DNA of 61,206 nt, counting the filler. It is 5 parts of 5 records of this genome, joined end to end, with 100 filler letters (N's around TTAATTAATTAA, not from the genome) between each part and the next. Parts side by side here need not be neighbours in the genome. Positions count along the whole stretch, not along the records: positions 1 to 16,231 come from DRR723986_5771; 4 more parts are not named here. The stretch is one strand, 5' to 3'. Below are positions 1-9,637 of the stretch, one piece after another. Each line of letters opens with the position of its first letter. Position 1 is the first letter of the stretch. Under the pieces are notes generated by a model, which saw only the letters and a program-made list of their open reading frames with translations, ran no database searches and had not been told where the DNA came from. A program made the position numbers and the translations under genes.

Positions 1-1
1 G

Positions 2-472
2 CAGACCAATCTTCTGGCGCTCAATGCCACAATCGAAGCGGCCCGTGCGGGCGAGGCCGGCAAGGGATTTGCCGTCGTTGCGTCGGAAGTGAAGGAACTG
101 GCCAGCCAGACGACCAAGGCGACCGAGGAAATCTCCCAGCAGATTTCCGGTGTCCAGTCGGCGACCCGTGACGCGGTCTCTGCTATCGACGGCATCACCA
201 AGACGATCTTCGAGATCAACGAGATTGCCGGCGGGATCGCGGCGGCTGTCGAAGAGCAGGGCGCGGCAACCACCGAGATCGCGCGCAATGTGCACGAAGC
301 TTCCACCGGTACGCGCGATGTGACCCGCAACATCAGCAGCGTCAGCGAAGCAGCCACCCAGTCTGGGCATGCGGCGGAAGAGCTGCAGGCGGCCTCCGGC
401 ACGCTTGCGAGCAATGCACGGGCGCTTCAGGCCGAGGTCGACGGCTTCCTGGCACGCGTACGCGCCGGCTGA
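2..472 (+). CDS. Methyl-accepting chemotaxis protein, C-terminal signalling domain (5' partial)
   Basis: Frame from nt 2 reads [34 protein letters not shown], the canonical MCP hairpin tip; stop at 472. Confidence 0.95.
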   Translation, partial: QTNLLALNATIEAARAGEAGKGFAVVASEVKELASQTTKATEEISQQISGVQSATRDAVSAIDGITKTIFEINEIAGGIAAAVEEQGAATTEIARNVHEASTGTRDVTRNISSVSEAATQSGHAAEELQAASGTLASNARALQAEVDGFLARVRAG

Positions 473-474
473 GA

Positions 475-1650
475 TCAGGTGTCCAGCAGGCCGGCATAAA
501 CACCCAGCGTGCGGGCGCACATGGTTTCGACCGAGAAATTCTGGCGGACATGGGCGAGAGCCCGGTCCGCCATTTTGTTTTTCTCGTCCACGTCCTGGCC
601 CAACACACGGACAATGGCATCCGCCAGAGCCTGAGGGTCGCCCGGTGCCACCCGCCAGCCGGTGCGTTCGCTTTCGGCCGCATCGGGCGGGGAGAGGACG
701 GTTTCAGGTACCGCCCCGAGGTCGGAGACGATCACAGGCACCCTTGCGGCCTGTGCTTCAACTGCCGCCCTGCCGAAGGCTTCCGGTTCGACAGAAGCAA
801 CAATCGCAACATCGGCCAATGCCATCGCAGCGGGAACGTCGGCACAGTGACCGACGATCCGGACCTTGTCCTGCAGTCCGTTGTCGGCAATCAGCTTTTT
901 CAACTCCGCCAGATATCCGTCACGCCCCTGGGCATCGCCTGCCAGAATGGCGATCGGGTCGGACGGCAGCCTGTCTTGCAGAAGCGCCATCGCCTCGATC
1001 ACGACGCGCTGTCCCTTCCAGGCGGTCAGCCGGGCCATGTTGAGGAGTATCGGCCGTCCCATCGGGATGCCCCACTGGTCCTTCAATGCCTGCAGCCGCA
1101 GAGCGCTGACATTGTCGGGTAGCAGGCCTTTCAGATCGGATCCGCGCTGGATGACGGTGATCTTGCCTTTTGCGAACGGGTGCCGGTCTTCGATCAGCCC
1201 GGATATGAAATGCGAATTGGCAATCACCGCATCCCCCCGTGCCATGACCGAATTGTACCAGCCCTTCAGCGCATTCGACTGGTTATATGTGCCGTGGTAG
1301 GTGGTCACGAAAGGGGTTCCGGTGCGCCGTGCGGCCCAAAGGCACGACCATGCCGGGGCCCGGCTGCGAGCGTGAAGCAGGCTGACCTTGCGTGTGGTCA
1401 CGATCTCCGCCAGCCTGGCTGCATTCTTCCAGAGGGTCGCCGGGTTCTTCGACTTGACGGGCAGCACAATGTGCTCCGCGCCAAGGGCTTCCAGTTCCGG
1501 CACCATCTGGCCGCCCTGGCTTGCGACGAGAGCCTTTCCGCCGGCTTCCACCACCGCTTTGGCAACGTCCAGCGTCGTGCGCTCGGCGCCACCGGAGTTG
1601 AGATCCGGGATCACTTGCAAAATCGTGGTCTCAGAAGGCAGATGAACCAA
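475..1650 (-). CDS. Glycosyltransferase family 4 (GT-B)
   Basis: GGAER N-terminal motif, HARSRAPAW, TTYHG and EAFGRAAVEA (E-x7-E); 391 aa. Confidence 0.92.
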   Translation of the reverse strand: MVHLPSETTILQVIPDLNSGGAERTTLDVAKAVVEAGGKALVASQGGQMVPELEALGAEHIVLPVKSKNPATLWKNAARLAEIVTTRKVSLLHARSRAPAWSCLWAARRTGTPFVTTYHGTYNQSNALKGWYNSVMARGDAVIANSHFISGLIEDRHPFAKGKITVIQRGSDLKGLLPDNVSALRLQALKDQWGIPMGRPILLNMARLTAWKGQRVVIEAMALLQDRLPSDPIAILAGDAQGRDGYLAELKKLIADNGLQDKVRIVGHCADVPAAMALADVAIVASVEPEAFGRAAVEAQAARVPVIVSDLGAVPETVLSPPDAAESERTGWRVAPGDPQALADAIVRVLGQDVDEKNKMADRALAHVRQNFSVETMCARTLGVYAGLLDT

Positions 1651-1736
1651 ATCGGATCTCCGGTGAACTGGTCAAGGCGGGGCGTCTGTGCCAAATGGCA
1701 TGAACAGAAAACATCTATCAGAACGAGAGCCTTAAT

Positions 1737-2522
1737 ATGGGTGATTCCGAACCGCAATTCATCCAGATCGGAAAAAACGACGTGAAACGCCGGATTGCCG
1801 TGCGGAACGCGCCGGGTTCCGGGGCAAGTTCGTTACCCGGCATCTTGTGGTTGTCCGGGTTCAAGTCGGACATGTCCGGCACAAAAGCCGAGGCATTGGC
1901 CGAGGAGGGGGCACGAAACGGGCAGGGTGTGGTGCGGTTCGACTATTCCGGCCATGGCCTGTCGGAGGGTGATTTCGAAGATGCCTGTGTTTCCAACTGG
2001 CTGGAGGAAGCGCTTGCCGTTTTCGATGCTTGTTGCCCGGGCGAAACCGTATTGGTCGGCTCCTCCATGGGCGGGTGGCTCGCCTTGTTGCTGGCGCTCG
2101 CCCGCAAGGACACTGGCCGCATCAAGGGGCTGGTTCTGATTGCTCCCGCGGTTGATTTTACCGAAGAGCTGATGTGGAAGCAGCGCTTCAGCGATGAGAT
2201 CCGCGCCGCTATTCTTGCCGATGGCCGCTGGGAGCAGCCCTCAGCCTATAGCGATGCGCCCTATGTGATCACGCGCAAGCTGATCGAAGATGGCCGCAAT
2301 CACCTACTTTTCGGGACGCCGCTTCATCTCGGCGCTCCCGTTACGATCCTGCAGGGCGCGCAGGACCCGGATGTGCCGGAAAGTCATGTACGCCGCCTGG
2401 TTGAGGCCTTGCCGCTGGACGATGTCACTTTTTCGCGGGTGCCGGATGGCGATCATCGTCTGTCCCGGCCGGAGGACATCGATCTTCTGTTGCGGGCCGT
2501 TGCGGACATGTCGGCCCGATAG
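1737..2522 (+). CDS. Alpha/beta hydrolase (ABHD10-like)
   Basis: GFKSDM, RFDYSGHG, nucleophile motif GSSMGG, D-P-D-V-P and GDHRLS. Confidence 0.9.
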   Translation: MGDSEPQFIQIGKNDVKRRIAVRNAPGSGASSLPGILWLSGFKSDMSGTKAEALAEEGARNGQGVVRFDYSGHGLSEGDFEDACVSNWLEEALAVFDACCPGETVLVGSSMGGWLALLLALARKDTGRIKGLVLIAPAVDFTEELMWKQRFSDEIRAAILADGRWEQPSAYSDAPYVITRKLIEDGRNHLLFGTPLHLGAPVTILQGAQDPDVPESHVRRLVEALPLDDVTFSRVPDGDHRLSRPEDIDLLLRAVADMSAR

Positions 2523-2532
2523 GGGCCACACC

Positions 2533-3174
2533 CTAGACCGGCAGGGTTTCCCGGCCCTGTTTTTTCACCTTGTACCAAGCCCAGAAGAGACGGGCGGCGA
2601 CAGCACGGTGCGGTGTCCAGGCCTCGGCGATGACGTCGAGCTCTTTTGGTGCCGGACGTTCTGCCAAGCCGAGGGACTCCTGAACCGCGACTTGCAACGC
2701 CAGGTCTCCGCTCGGGAAGACATCAGGATGACCCGCGCAGAACAGCAGGAAGATATCCGCGGTCCAGCGACCGATGCCCTTTATCTCGCACAACGCGCGG
2801 TGGGCTTCATCCGCCGGGACCTGTGCCAGATGAGCCAGGTCGAGACCATTGCCGCATGCTTGCGTCAGCGCGCGCAAGGTCCGGATTTTCGGTCGGGACA
2901 GGCCGACGCCTGCCAGTTCCTCGTCGGTGAGGGTTGCCAGGTTTTCTGCCGTCAGCGGCGCAATCAGCACCTGAAGGCGTGCGAAGATGGCAGCCGCGCT
3001 GGCAACCGACACCTGCTGTCCGGTGACAATCTGTGCAAGACCTTCAAAATCGGCCGCGCGGCGGCGCAATGGGATCGGGCCTGCCGTTCCTGCAATTTCC
3101 TGCAGGCGCGGGTCGAGACGGATCAGCGCCTTGAGACCGGCTTCGATGTCTTCTTCGGTGGTAATCGGGGTCAT
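2533..3174 (-). CDS. DNA-3-methyladenine glycosylase, AlkA-like HhH-GPD family
   Basis: IVTGQQVSVASA, HhH motif IKGIGRWTA, DVFPSGD and WTPHR. Confidence 0.9.
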   Translation of the reverse strand: MTPITTEEDIEAGLKALIRLDPRLQEIAGTAGPIPLRRRAADFEGLAQIVTGQQVSVASAAAIFARLQVLIAPLTAENLATLTDEELAGVGLSRPKIRTLRALTQACGNGLDLAHLAQVPADEAHRALCEIKGIGRWTADIFLLFCAGHPDVFPSGDLALQVAVQESLGLAERPAPKELDVIAEAWTPHRAVAARLFWAWYKVKKQGRETLPV

Positions 3175-3301
3175 GTCGGCGGGGCTTGTCCGGAGATGTC
3201 TTGAACTGCCGGGCGATACTGTCTCTTGCGCGGCGGCTGGGGAATGATAGGTAGGACTTCACTCATCAGCCCGCTCCGCGTCAACAGCCTTTGCCGATCT
3301 C

Positions 3302-4186
3302 ATGACCCAGCCCTTGTTCCGCTTTGCTCCTTCGCCCAACGGGCACTTGCATTTGGGGCATGCGCTTTCGGCTCTCCTGAATGCGCGTGCCGCTGTTGCG
3401 CTCAGTGGCCGGTTTCTTGTGCGGGTGGAAGACATCGACCAGACCCGGTGCACGCCGGACCTGGAACGGGAGATGTTCGAGGATCTCGCCTGGTTGGGTG
3501 TGCCGCTCGATGAGCCCGTGTTGCGCCAATCGGAAAATTTTCCGCAATACCGGTCAGCCCTGGAAAAGTTGCAGGACATGGGCCTGGTTTATCCCGCCTA
3601 TCTGACCCGTGCTGAAATCAAGGCGTTCGTGTCTGCCAAGGAAGCTAATGGAGAAAGCTGGCCTCGGGATCCTGACGGTGCGCCGCTTTATCCTGGCGAT
3701 GCCGCGGTTCTTTCGGCGGAAGAGCTCAGGAGCCGGGCGGCCAGCGATGCGCCGTTCTCACTGCGTCTCGACATGCAGCGCGCCCTCGCGCAGATCGGAA
3801 GGGCGCTGTCGTGGCAGGAAACGGGGGCGGAAGGCGAAAGCCTGTTTGCCGAACCTGTCGCGGTGCCTGTCGAGGCGGCTGCGTGGGGTGATGTGATCCT
3901 TGCCCGCAAGGACACGCCGACGAGCTATCATCTGTCGGTGGTGGTCGATGATGCCAGGCAGGGCATCACCGATGTGCTGCGCGGACAGGACCTTTATCAC
4001 GCAACCAGCGTGCACAGGGTCCTGCAGGAACTGCTCGGCCTGCCGTCACCGGTCTACCGGCATCACAGGCTCGTCCTGGGGGCGGACGGACGCAAGCTCT
4101 CGAAGTCCAGCAAGGACACCAGTCTCCGGTCGTTGCGCGAGGCCGGCATGACCCATGCCGAATTGCGCAAGAGGATCGGGCTCTAG
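3302..4186 (+). CDS. gluQ: tRNA glutamyl-Q(34) synthetase GluQRS
   Basis: RFAPSPNGHLHLGH (HIGH), RVEDID, SYHLSVVVDD and KLSKS (KMSKS); 294 aa with no anticodon-binding domain. Confidence 0.92.
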   Translation: MTQPLFRFAPSPNGHLHLGHALSALLNARAAVALSGRFLVRVEDIDQTRCTPDLEREMFEDLAWLGVPLDEPVLRQSENFPQYRSALEKLQDMGLVYPAYLTRAEIKAFVSAKEANGESWPRDPDGAPLYPGDAAVLSAEELRSRAASDAPFSLRLDMQRALAQIGRALSWQETGAEGESLFAEPVAVPVEAAAWGDVILARKDTPTSYHLSVVVDDARQGITDVLRGQDLYHATSVHRVLQELLGLPSPVYRHHRLVLGADGRKLSKSSKDTSLRSLREAGMTHAELRKRIGL

Positions 4187-4198
4187 CGCGTTCAGGGA

Positions 4199-5173
4199 TT
4201 AGCGCAGGCTCATGCCGAACCAATGATCCAGGAACCAGATCCACAAGCTGGCTGTAACGATGGCGCAGAGCGTGGTCATGGTAATCGCATTTGCGGACAT
4301 GGAATGGCCGGTGCCGTAGCGGTTGGCGAAAATATAGGCGTTGACACCTGTCGGGCAGCTGGCCGTCAAGGTCGCAACGGCTGTCCACAGAGGCGGCAGG
4401 TGGAACACGAAAGCCCCGAAACTAAAAACGACGATCGGCATCAGCAGCATCTTGATGATGCTGAGGATCAGTCCTGGCACGATATTGCCGCGCATGCCGT
4501 ATTGCACGAGGCTCATGCCCAGTGACAGCAGTGACAGAGGCAGTGCCGTGGCGGCGATGCGGCTTATAACGTCGAGACCGATCTCCGGCAGCTCCAGGCC
4601 TGTCTGCCGCCAGACAAAGGCGGCGACGATGGTGACGACGAGGGGGTTCTTCACCAGGCTTTTTCCAGCTCCCATCAACAGTTGGGAAATGGGAGGGGAG
4701 GCCGTGCCGTTGTCGATCGCAGCTGCCCGCTCCATCATCACCGCCATCAGCACTGTCATCGTGGCCAGGTGGATCGAGATGATCAGCAGCAGCGGGGCCA
4801 GACCTTCGTCGCCGTATACCGAGGCGACCAGCGGCAGTCCGACCAGAATCGTGTTGGCGAAGGCGGCGGATATCCCGCCGATCGCGCTTGCCCGGGCATC
4901 GCGGCCGAAACCCTTGCGAATGATCAGCGATCCGAGCAGCCAGGCAAAGCCGACGCCGATAAAGTAGGTTGCCCAGAGCGCCAGCGGAACACCCGCGCTG
5001 AGGTCAGCGCCGATCAGCGATCGGAAGATCAGCACCGGGATCGCCACGATATAGACGAACTGCCCGAGCGCTTCGCTGATGCTCTGGTTCAAAATGCGGG
5101 TTTTGGCGAGACAGTAGCCAATGCCGATCAGCAGGAAAACCGGGGCGACGATCGTAAGTGTTTGAGCAAGCAT
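4199..5173 (-). CDS. AEC (auxin efflux carrier) family transporter
   Basis: About 10 hydrophobic segments; FAN-x4-G-x-P, NP and P-T-G-V-N motifs. Confidence 0.88.
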   Translation of the reverse strand: MLAQTLTIVAPVFLLIGIGYCLAKTRILNQSISEALGQFVYIVAIPVLIFRSLIGADLSAGVPLALWATYFIGVGFAWLLGSLIIRKGFGRDARASAIGGISAAFANTILVGLPLVASVYGDEGLAPLLLIISIHLATMTVLMAVMMERAAAIDNGTASPPISQLLMGAGKSLVKNPLVVTIVAAFVWRQTGLELPEIGLDVISRIAATALPLSLLSLGMSLVQYGMRGNIVPGLILSIIKMLLMPIVVFSFGAFVFHLPPLWTAVATLTASCPTGVNAYIFANRYGTGHSMSANAITMTTLCAIVTASLWIWFLDHWFGMSLR

Positions 5174-5349
5174 CTATGCGGCAACCCAAAGGCTGTTTCC
5201 GGTTGATTTGGGACTGGGTGCAGGTGGATGCCGGTCTGGATGGACAGCGGCCACACGGCAAGGTAAGCAGAATTTCGACCAACTTGGCTTTTTGGCGCGT
5301 GTCTGGCAAGCCCGGTTGAGACCCATTCAGGCGAAGGATCTCCGGCCGC

Positions 5350-6513
5350 ATGGCAAATCATGACGAGGACAGCGTCAAACTTGCGCTTCTGGCCCACGAT
5401 CTCAGAACGCCGCTTGCCGCCATGCGCCTGACGGCGGAGCTGATCGGCACCGGTCCGCTGAACGGGACACAAAAAGATCAACTGTCGATCCTCATTCGCT
5501 CCATCGATGCACTTACGCAAATGACGGGCGAGCTTGTCACGGCTGCCGAACCGGGATCGCAAGCGGAAACAAGACCCAGTCGGATCGCAGATGTCGTTTC
5601 GGAAATCGCCGACCTTTTCCAGGTCGCGGCCGAAGCAAAAAACCTGACCTTGACGCTGAAAATAGACGACGAGGCCCGCGAGGCGGTTACATCGAGTGGT
5701 GGGACACTGCGCCGGGTGATCACGACATTGCTGGACAATGCCGTCAAATACACTGCTGAGGGCGGGGTCACGGTTGAGGTTCGCGCAGCCGGCCACAAAT
5801 CGGAGGATGCATCCGGTCAGGGTGATCCGTCCTCCATCCTGATTTCCGTTGCAGACAGCGGCCCCGGCATCGAGCCTGAGGAAGGTGCACGGCTGTTCCG
5901 GCCCTTCGTCCGGGGCCGGCACGGCCGGGAAACCGCGCCTGGAACGGGTCTTGGTCTTTGGGGGACGGCGCAGTTCGTCCGGGACATGAATGGCCGGTTG
6001 ACACTGGCGCGTTCCGAGACCGGCGGCAGCCGGTTCAACGTGGAAATTCCGCTCGGTGAGGGCGATGACGGCCTGTTGCAGGCCGAGGCAGACCAGCATG
6101 GAACGTCGGAAACATCCGAGGATGCGTCTGTCACCGGGCCCTTGTCGGCGCATGTGCTTATTGTTGATGACAACGAGACCAATTGCCGTCTGCTGGCAGC
6201 GCTGCTGGAATCCTTCGGCATTTCGTCGGAGGCCGCCAGATCGGGCGAGCAGGCTGTCGGTCTCGTTCAAAAGAGCGACTTCGATGCCGCGTTGCTCGAT
6301 CTGCATATGCCCGGCATGAGCGGTGTCGAAACGGCCGAGGCGCTCGGATCTCTGCGCCCGGACCTGCCGCTGATCGCCGTGACGGCGGCTCTGGAGTCTG
6401 TTGGCGACACGCGTTTGCGGGATGCAGGGTTCCGGGAAATCCTGACAAAACCCCTGTCACCTGCCGCCCTTTTCGAGGCGATGAAACTGGCGAGCGGACG
6501 CAGGGCGGGCTGA
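5350..6513 (+). CDS. Soluble hybrid histidine kinase/response regulator (HisKA-HATPase-REC) with no sensor domain
   Basis: H-box AHDLRTPL at residues 15-22, LDNAVKYT, DSGPGI, GTGLGL; receiver motifs VDDN, LDLHMP and KP. Confidence 0.92.
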   Translation: MANHDEDSVKLALLAHDLRTPLAAMRLTAELIGTGPLNGTQKDQLSILIRSIDALTQMTGELVTAAEPGSQAETRPSRIADVVSEIADLFQVAAEAKNLTLTLKIDDEAREAVTSSGGTLRRVITTLLDNAVKYTAEGGVTVEVRAAGHKSEDASGQGDPSSILISVADSGPGIEPEEGARLFRPFVRGRHGRETAPGTGLGLWGTAQFVRDMNGRLTLARSETGGSRFNVEIPLGEGDDGLLQAEADQHGTSETSEDASVTGPLSAHVLIVDDNETNCRLLAALLESFGISSEAARSGEQAVGLVQKSDFDAALLDLHMPGMSGVETAEALGSLRPDLPLIAVTAALESVGDTRLRDAGFREILTKPLSPAALFEAMKLASGRRAG

Positions 6514-6532
6514 GGGCCACACCTTACGGCCT

Positions 6533-7303
6533 CTATGCTGTCAGGGCTGTTTCATCTCGGCGCAGGGTCAGAACCTCGACGCCATCGGCGGTAACGGCGA
6601 CCGTGTGTTCGAACTGCGCCGACAGCTTGCCGTCTTTGGTCACAACCTTCCAGCCGTCCTCTTCGGTTGAAACTCGGCTGGTGCCCTGGTTGATCATCGG
6701 CTCGACGGTGAAGACCATGCCTTCGCGCAATCTCATGCCCGTTCCGCGCCGTCCGAAATTCAGCACGTTGGGCTCCTCGTGCATTTCACGGCCGATGCCG
6801 TGTCCGCAATAGTCGCGCACCACCGAGTAACCGTTCTTCTTGGCGTGTTTTTCGATTGCATGGCCGATATCGCCCAGATAGGCGCCCGGCTTTACCTGCT
6901 CGATCCCTTTCCACATCGCTTTCTGGGCAACACGCACCAGCCGCCTTGCGGCCGCACTGGCGTTTCCGACGACATAGGTCTTGCTGGAATCGGCAATGAA
7001 GCCATCCTTTTCGAGCGTGATATCCAGATTGATGATGTCGCCGTCGCGGATGATCTCGTTCCGGTCCGGAATGCCGTGGCAGACGACCTGGTTGATTGAG
7101 CAATTCAGCACAAATTCAAAGCCGTATTGCCCCTTGCTGGCCGGACGGGCGGCAAGGTCCTCGGTTATGAAACGCTCCACCATGTCGTTGACGGCGAGTG
7201 TCGACATTCCGGCAAGGTCAACACCATCGAGCATCTCGAAGACGGAGGCGAGCAACCTGCCCGAGTTGCGCATGAGTTCCAGTTCTTCCGGGGTCTTGAC
7301 CAT
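6533..7303 (-). CDS. map: Type I methionine aminopeptidase
   Basis: VCHGIP, DITL-x5-ADSS, GHGIG-x2-MHE, FTVEPMIN and SAQFEHT. ATG at 7303 directly follows the ParD-like stop. Confidence 0.95.
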   Translation of the reverse strand: MVKTPEELELMRNSGRLLASVFEMLDGVDLAGMSTLAVNDMVERFITEDLAARPASKGQYGFEFVLNCSINQVVCHGIPDRNEIIRDGDIINLDITLEKDGFIADSSKTYVVGNASAAARRLVRVAQKAMWKGIEQVKPGAYLGDIGHAIEKHAKKNGYSVVRDYCGHGIGREMHEEPNVLNFGRRGTGMRLREGMVFTVEPMINQGTSRVSTEEDGWKVVTKDGKLSAQFEHTVAVTADGVEVLTLRRDETALTA

Positions 7304-7304
7304 G

Positions 7305-7511
7305 TCAGGCAACCGCCGCATCTGCCGAGGGAGCCTGCGCTGCTTCGAGCTGCATCTTGATGATGTCGCTGAAGGACAGGGTCGGGTTTGCCTCGGCGAG
7401 CATGCCGATCTTCATCCAGAATTCGGCCTGCGCATTGATGGAGCGGCACATGACGGTGCTGGCTCGGCGGATTTCCTCGTGCAGACCCTCGTCGATCTTG
7501 ACGATGCCCAT
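7305..7511 (-). CDS. ParD-like family small ribbon-helix-helix protein
   Basis: MGIVKIDEGLHEEIRRAS..RSINAQAEFWMKIG..E.NP is the ParD-like pattern; an RBS (GGAG) lies upstream; 68 aa. Confidence 0.85.
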   Translation of the reverse strand: MGIVKIDEGLHEEIRRASTVMCRSINAQAEFWMKIGMLAEANPTLSFSDIIKMQLEAAQAPSADAAVA

Positions 7512-7534
7512 GACTGTCTCCCGAAATGGCTGGT

Positions 7535-7560
7535 TATATGAAACGTATATGTTTCGTATA
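7535..7560. promoter_or_regulatory. 26-bp AT-rich near-perfect palindrome, probable operator of the ParD-like/map operon
   Basis: TATATGAAACGTATATGTTTCGTATA has 11 of 13 positions symmetric, lies about 24 nt upstream of the ParD-like ATG and sits in a GC-rich background. Confidence 0.7.
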
Positions 7561-7628
7561 TAGCCTTCGATCTCGGGTCCCGCAAGCCGGGTTTTGAGTT
7601 GGGATGTCGGATGAATGCGAGGCGGTCT

Positions 7629-8261
7629 TCAGGCGTCTGTTTCAACCAGGTTTCCGGCTGCCTCGAGGGCCTGTTCCAGCCGATCGTCGCCCCAGTAGAG
7701 GTCTCCGCCTGGAATGACGAAACTCGGTGCGCCGAAGATGCCGAGTTTCTCGGCTTCGGTAACGGCTGCGCGCAGACTTATCTTGTTTTCCCGGCTGTGG
7801 GCGGTCGACAGGGCCGTCCGGGCCGGAGCGCCGATTTCCAGCAGCAGTTCGGCCATCAGGCTTTCGTCGGCGATGTTCAGTCCCTGTCCGAATTCAGCGA
7901 TGAAGACCGCACGGGTAAAGGCCCCTATCCAGGGCTGGTTCTGTGCTGCGTGTGCGATCCTGGCGGCCAGCAGCGCGTCCTGGGGAAAGGGAGACGGCAA
8001 GGTGAACGGCAGGCCGTATTGTCTGCAAAGCCGCTCCATGTCGCGCCACATGTAGTGGCCTTTGGCGGGATACAGGTTGAAGGGAGAGGTTGGCCAGCCC
8101 TGCTTCTTGAAGATCGGACCGAGCAAAAATGGCCGCCAGGCGATCTCAACGCCATAGTCGCTTGCAAGCGTTTCGATCCGCATGGCCGAGAGATAGCTGT
8201 AGGTGGATGCAAACTCGTACCAGAATTCCACCACCGGTTTCCGGTCCTGCCGCAATGACAC
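7629..8261 (-). CDS. 2-hydroxychromene-2-carboxylate isomerase / DsbA-like (kappa-GST) protein
   Basis: VEFWYEFASTYSYLS, WRPFLLG, GIFGAPSF and LYWGDDRL. Start placed at GTG 8261 and uncertain. Confidence 0.88.
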   Translation of the reverse strand: MSLRQDRKPVVEFWYEFASTYSYLSAMRIETLASDYGVEIAWRPFLLGPIFKKQGWPTSPFNLYPAKGHYMWRDMERLCRQYGLPFTLPSPFPQDALLAARIAHAAQNQPWIGAFTRAVFIAEFGQGLNIADESLMAELLLEIGAPARTALSTAHSRENKISLRAAVTEAEKLGIFGAPSFVIPGGDLYWGDDRLEQALEAAGNLVETDA

Positions 8262-8387
8262 TATATTCGTGCCGGTAGGGGCCGCAGGCGGCTGACTGTT
8301 TTTCACATTCCGCATCTCCGCAAAATCTGAACCGGCCGGTTTCAGGAAGGGATTGGATCGGGCAATTGGATGCGTTAAAGAGCAGCC

Positions 8388-9248
8388 ATGACGCAAACCC
8401 AGCCCCAGCAGCATAATCCCAAGACCGGACTGAGCAAACTATCCATCTGGTGCATTAACCATTCGATGGTGTGCGTTGGGCTCTATATCTGCCTTGTGTC
8501 CCTGTTCTTTCTGGCCTTTCCCGGCGTCGATCTCTGGGCGAGCGGGCTTTTCCATTTTGGCGATGAGGGCTTCAAGGCCGAGAACGTCGCGTTCTTGCGC
8601 GATGTCCGTCACCTTGGACCGTTTCTTGTCCGGGTGATCGCCATCGTCTGCGTGGCGGTTCTGCTCATCAAGCTGCTGGTGCCCGGCCGTCAGCCGCTGA
8701 TGCCACTGCGTCAGCCGGTGTTCCTGCTGTCGACGCTGATCCTTGGACCGGGGGTTCTGGTCAATCTGATCCTGAAAGACAACTGGGGCCGCCCGCGGCC
8801 CCGCAATGTCGAGATCTTCGGTGGGGATCTGCCGTACCAGCCGGTCTGGAAAATCTCGAACTACTGCGACAGCAACTGTTCGTTCGTGTCCGGGGAAGGG
8901 TCGGCTGCCATGTGGCTGGTGGCGGCAATTACCTTGCTTGTGCCCGCAACCTGGCGCAAGGGCGCTCTCGTCTTTCTGATCCCGCTCGGCCTGATCCTGT
9001 CAGCCAATCGGGTGGCTTTCGGCGGGCACTTCTTGTCTGATACGCTGTTGTCCTGGGGCGTGACGCTGCTCCTGATCCTGGCGATCCACCATCTGCTTTA
9101 TCGCAAGACCCCACCGCTGGTGAGCGATCGCCAGCTTGACGAGTGGTTCACCGTGAAGGGGCGGCGCTTGCAGCGGGTGTTGCAACGGCTGGCGGTTCGG
9201 GTCCGACGGGCACTTCGCGGCATCGGTCGCGTTTTTGCCGAACGCTGA
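8388..9248 (+). CDS. PAP2 family membrane phosphatase (LpxF-like lipid A phosphatase candidate)
   Basis: K-x3-GRPRP, SFVSGE and R-x3-GGHFLSD motifs plus TM helices. Confidence 0.8.
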   Translation: MTQTQPQQHNPKTGLSKLSIWCINHSMVCVGLYICLVSLFFLAFPGVDLWASGLFHFGDEGFKAENVAFLRDVRHLGPFLVRVIAIVCVAVLLIKLLVPGRQPLMPLRQPVFLLSTLILGPGVLVNLILKDNWGRPRPRNVEIFGGDLPYQPVWKISNYCDSNCSFVSGEGSAAMWLVAAITLLVPATWRKGALVFLIPLGLILSANRVAFGGHFLSDTLLSWGVTLLLILAIHHLLYRKTPPLVSDRQLDEWFTVKGRRLQRVLQRLAVRVRRALRGIGRVFAER

Positions 9249-9256
9249 CAAACACC

Positions 9257-9517
9257 CTACTTCTTGCGTGGTCTCGTGCGTTTCAGGATGCGGGCAAAGC
9301 GCAAGGGCGAGCGGTCTTCCACCCAGGTAATGGCATCATTGAGCGGCGGCGTCTTGCGTCTTCGGCTGCGCAGCATGCGTGCCGCGCTCCGGTTCGTGCC
9401 GACAATGACAATCATGCCGAGCGCAAGCAGGGGGACGCCGGTCGGGATCGGCAGCCAGACCGTTACCAGCCCGGCCAGGATCAGCGCGGCCGCAAGAGAC
9501 CACCACAGAATTTTCAT
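9257..9517 (-). CDS. Small membrane protein (PGPGW-like)
   Basis: Hydrophobic hairpin with WLPIPTG and a basic C-terminus; start uncertain. Confidence 0.6.
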   Translation of the reverse strand: MKILWWSLAAALILAGLVTVWLPIPTGVPLLALGMIVIVGTNRSAARMLRSRRRKTPPLNDAITWVEDRSPLRFARILKRTRPRKK

Positions 9518-9637
9518 TTTGGTGCCAAGGAAGTCGTGCAGATCAGACACCCATACACCGGTGTCTGAGACGGATTTATGAACCCGTGCCCGGCAATCCC
9601 CGGCTTGTCGTGTGGTCAAGCAGCGTGCCTGGCTTTG

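Noticed and set aside
7305-7511. Classical ParDE toxin-antitoxin module
   Set aside because: No toxin ORF is adjacent; the downstream gene is an intact map.
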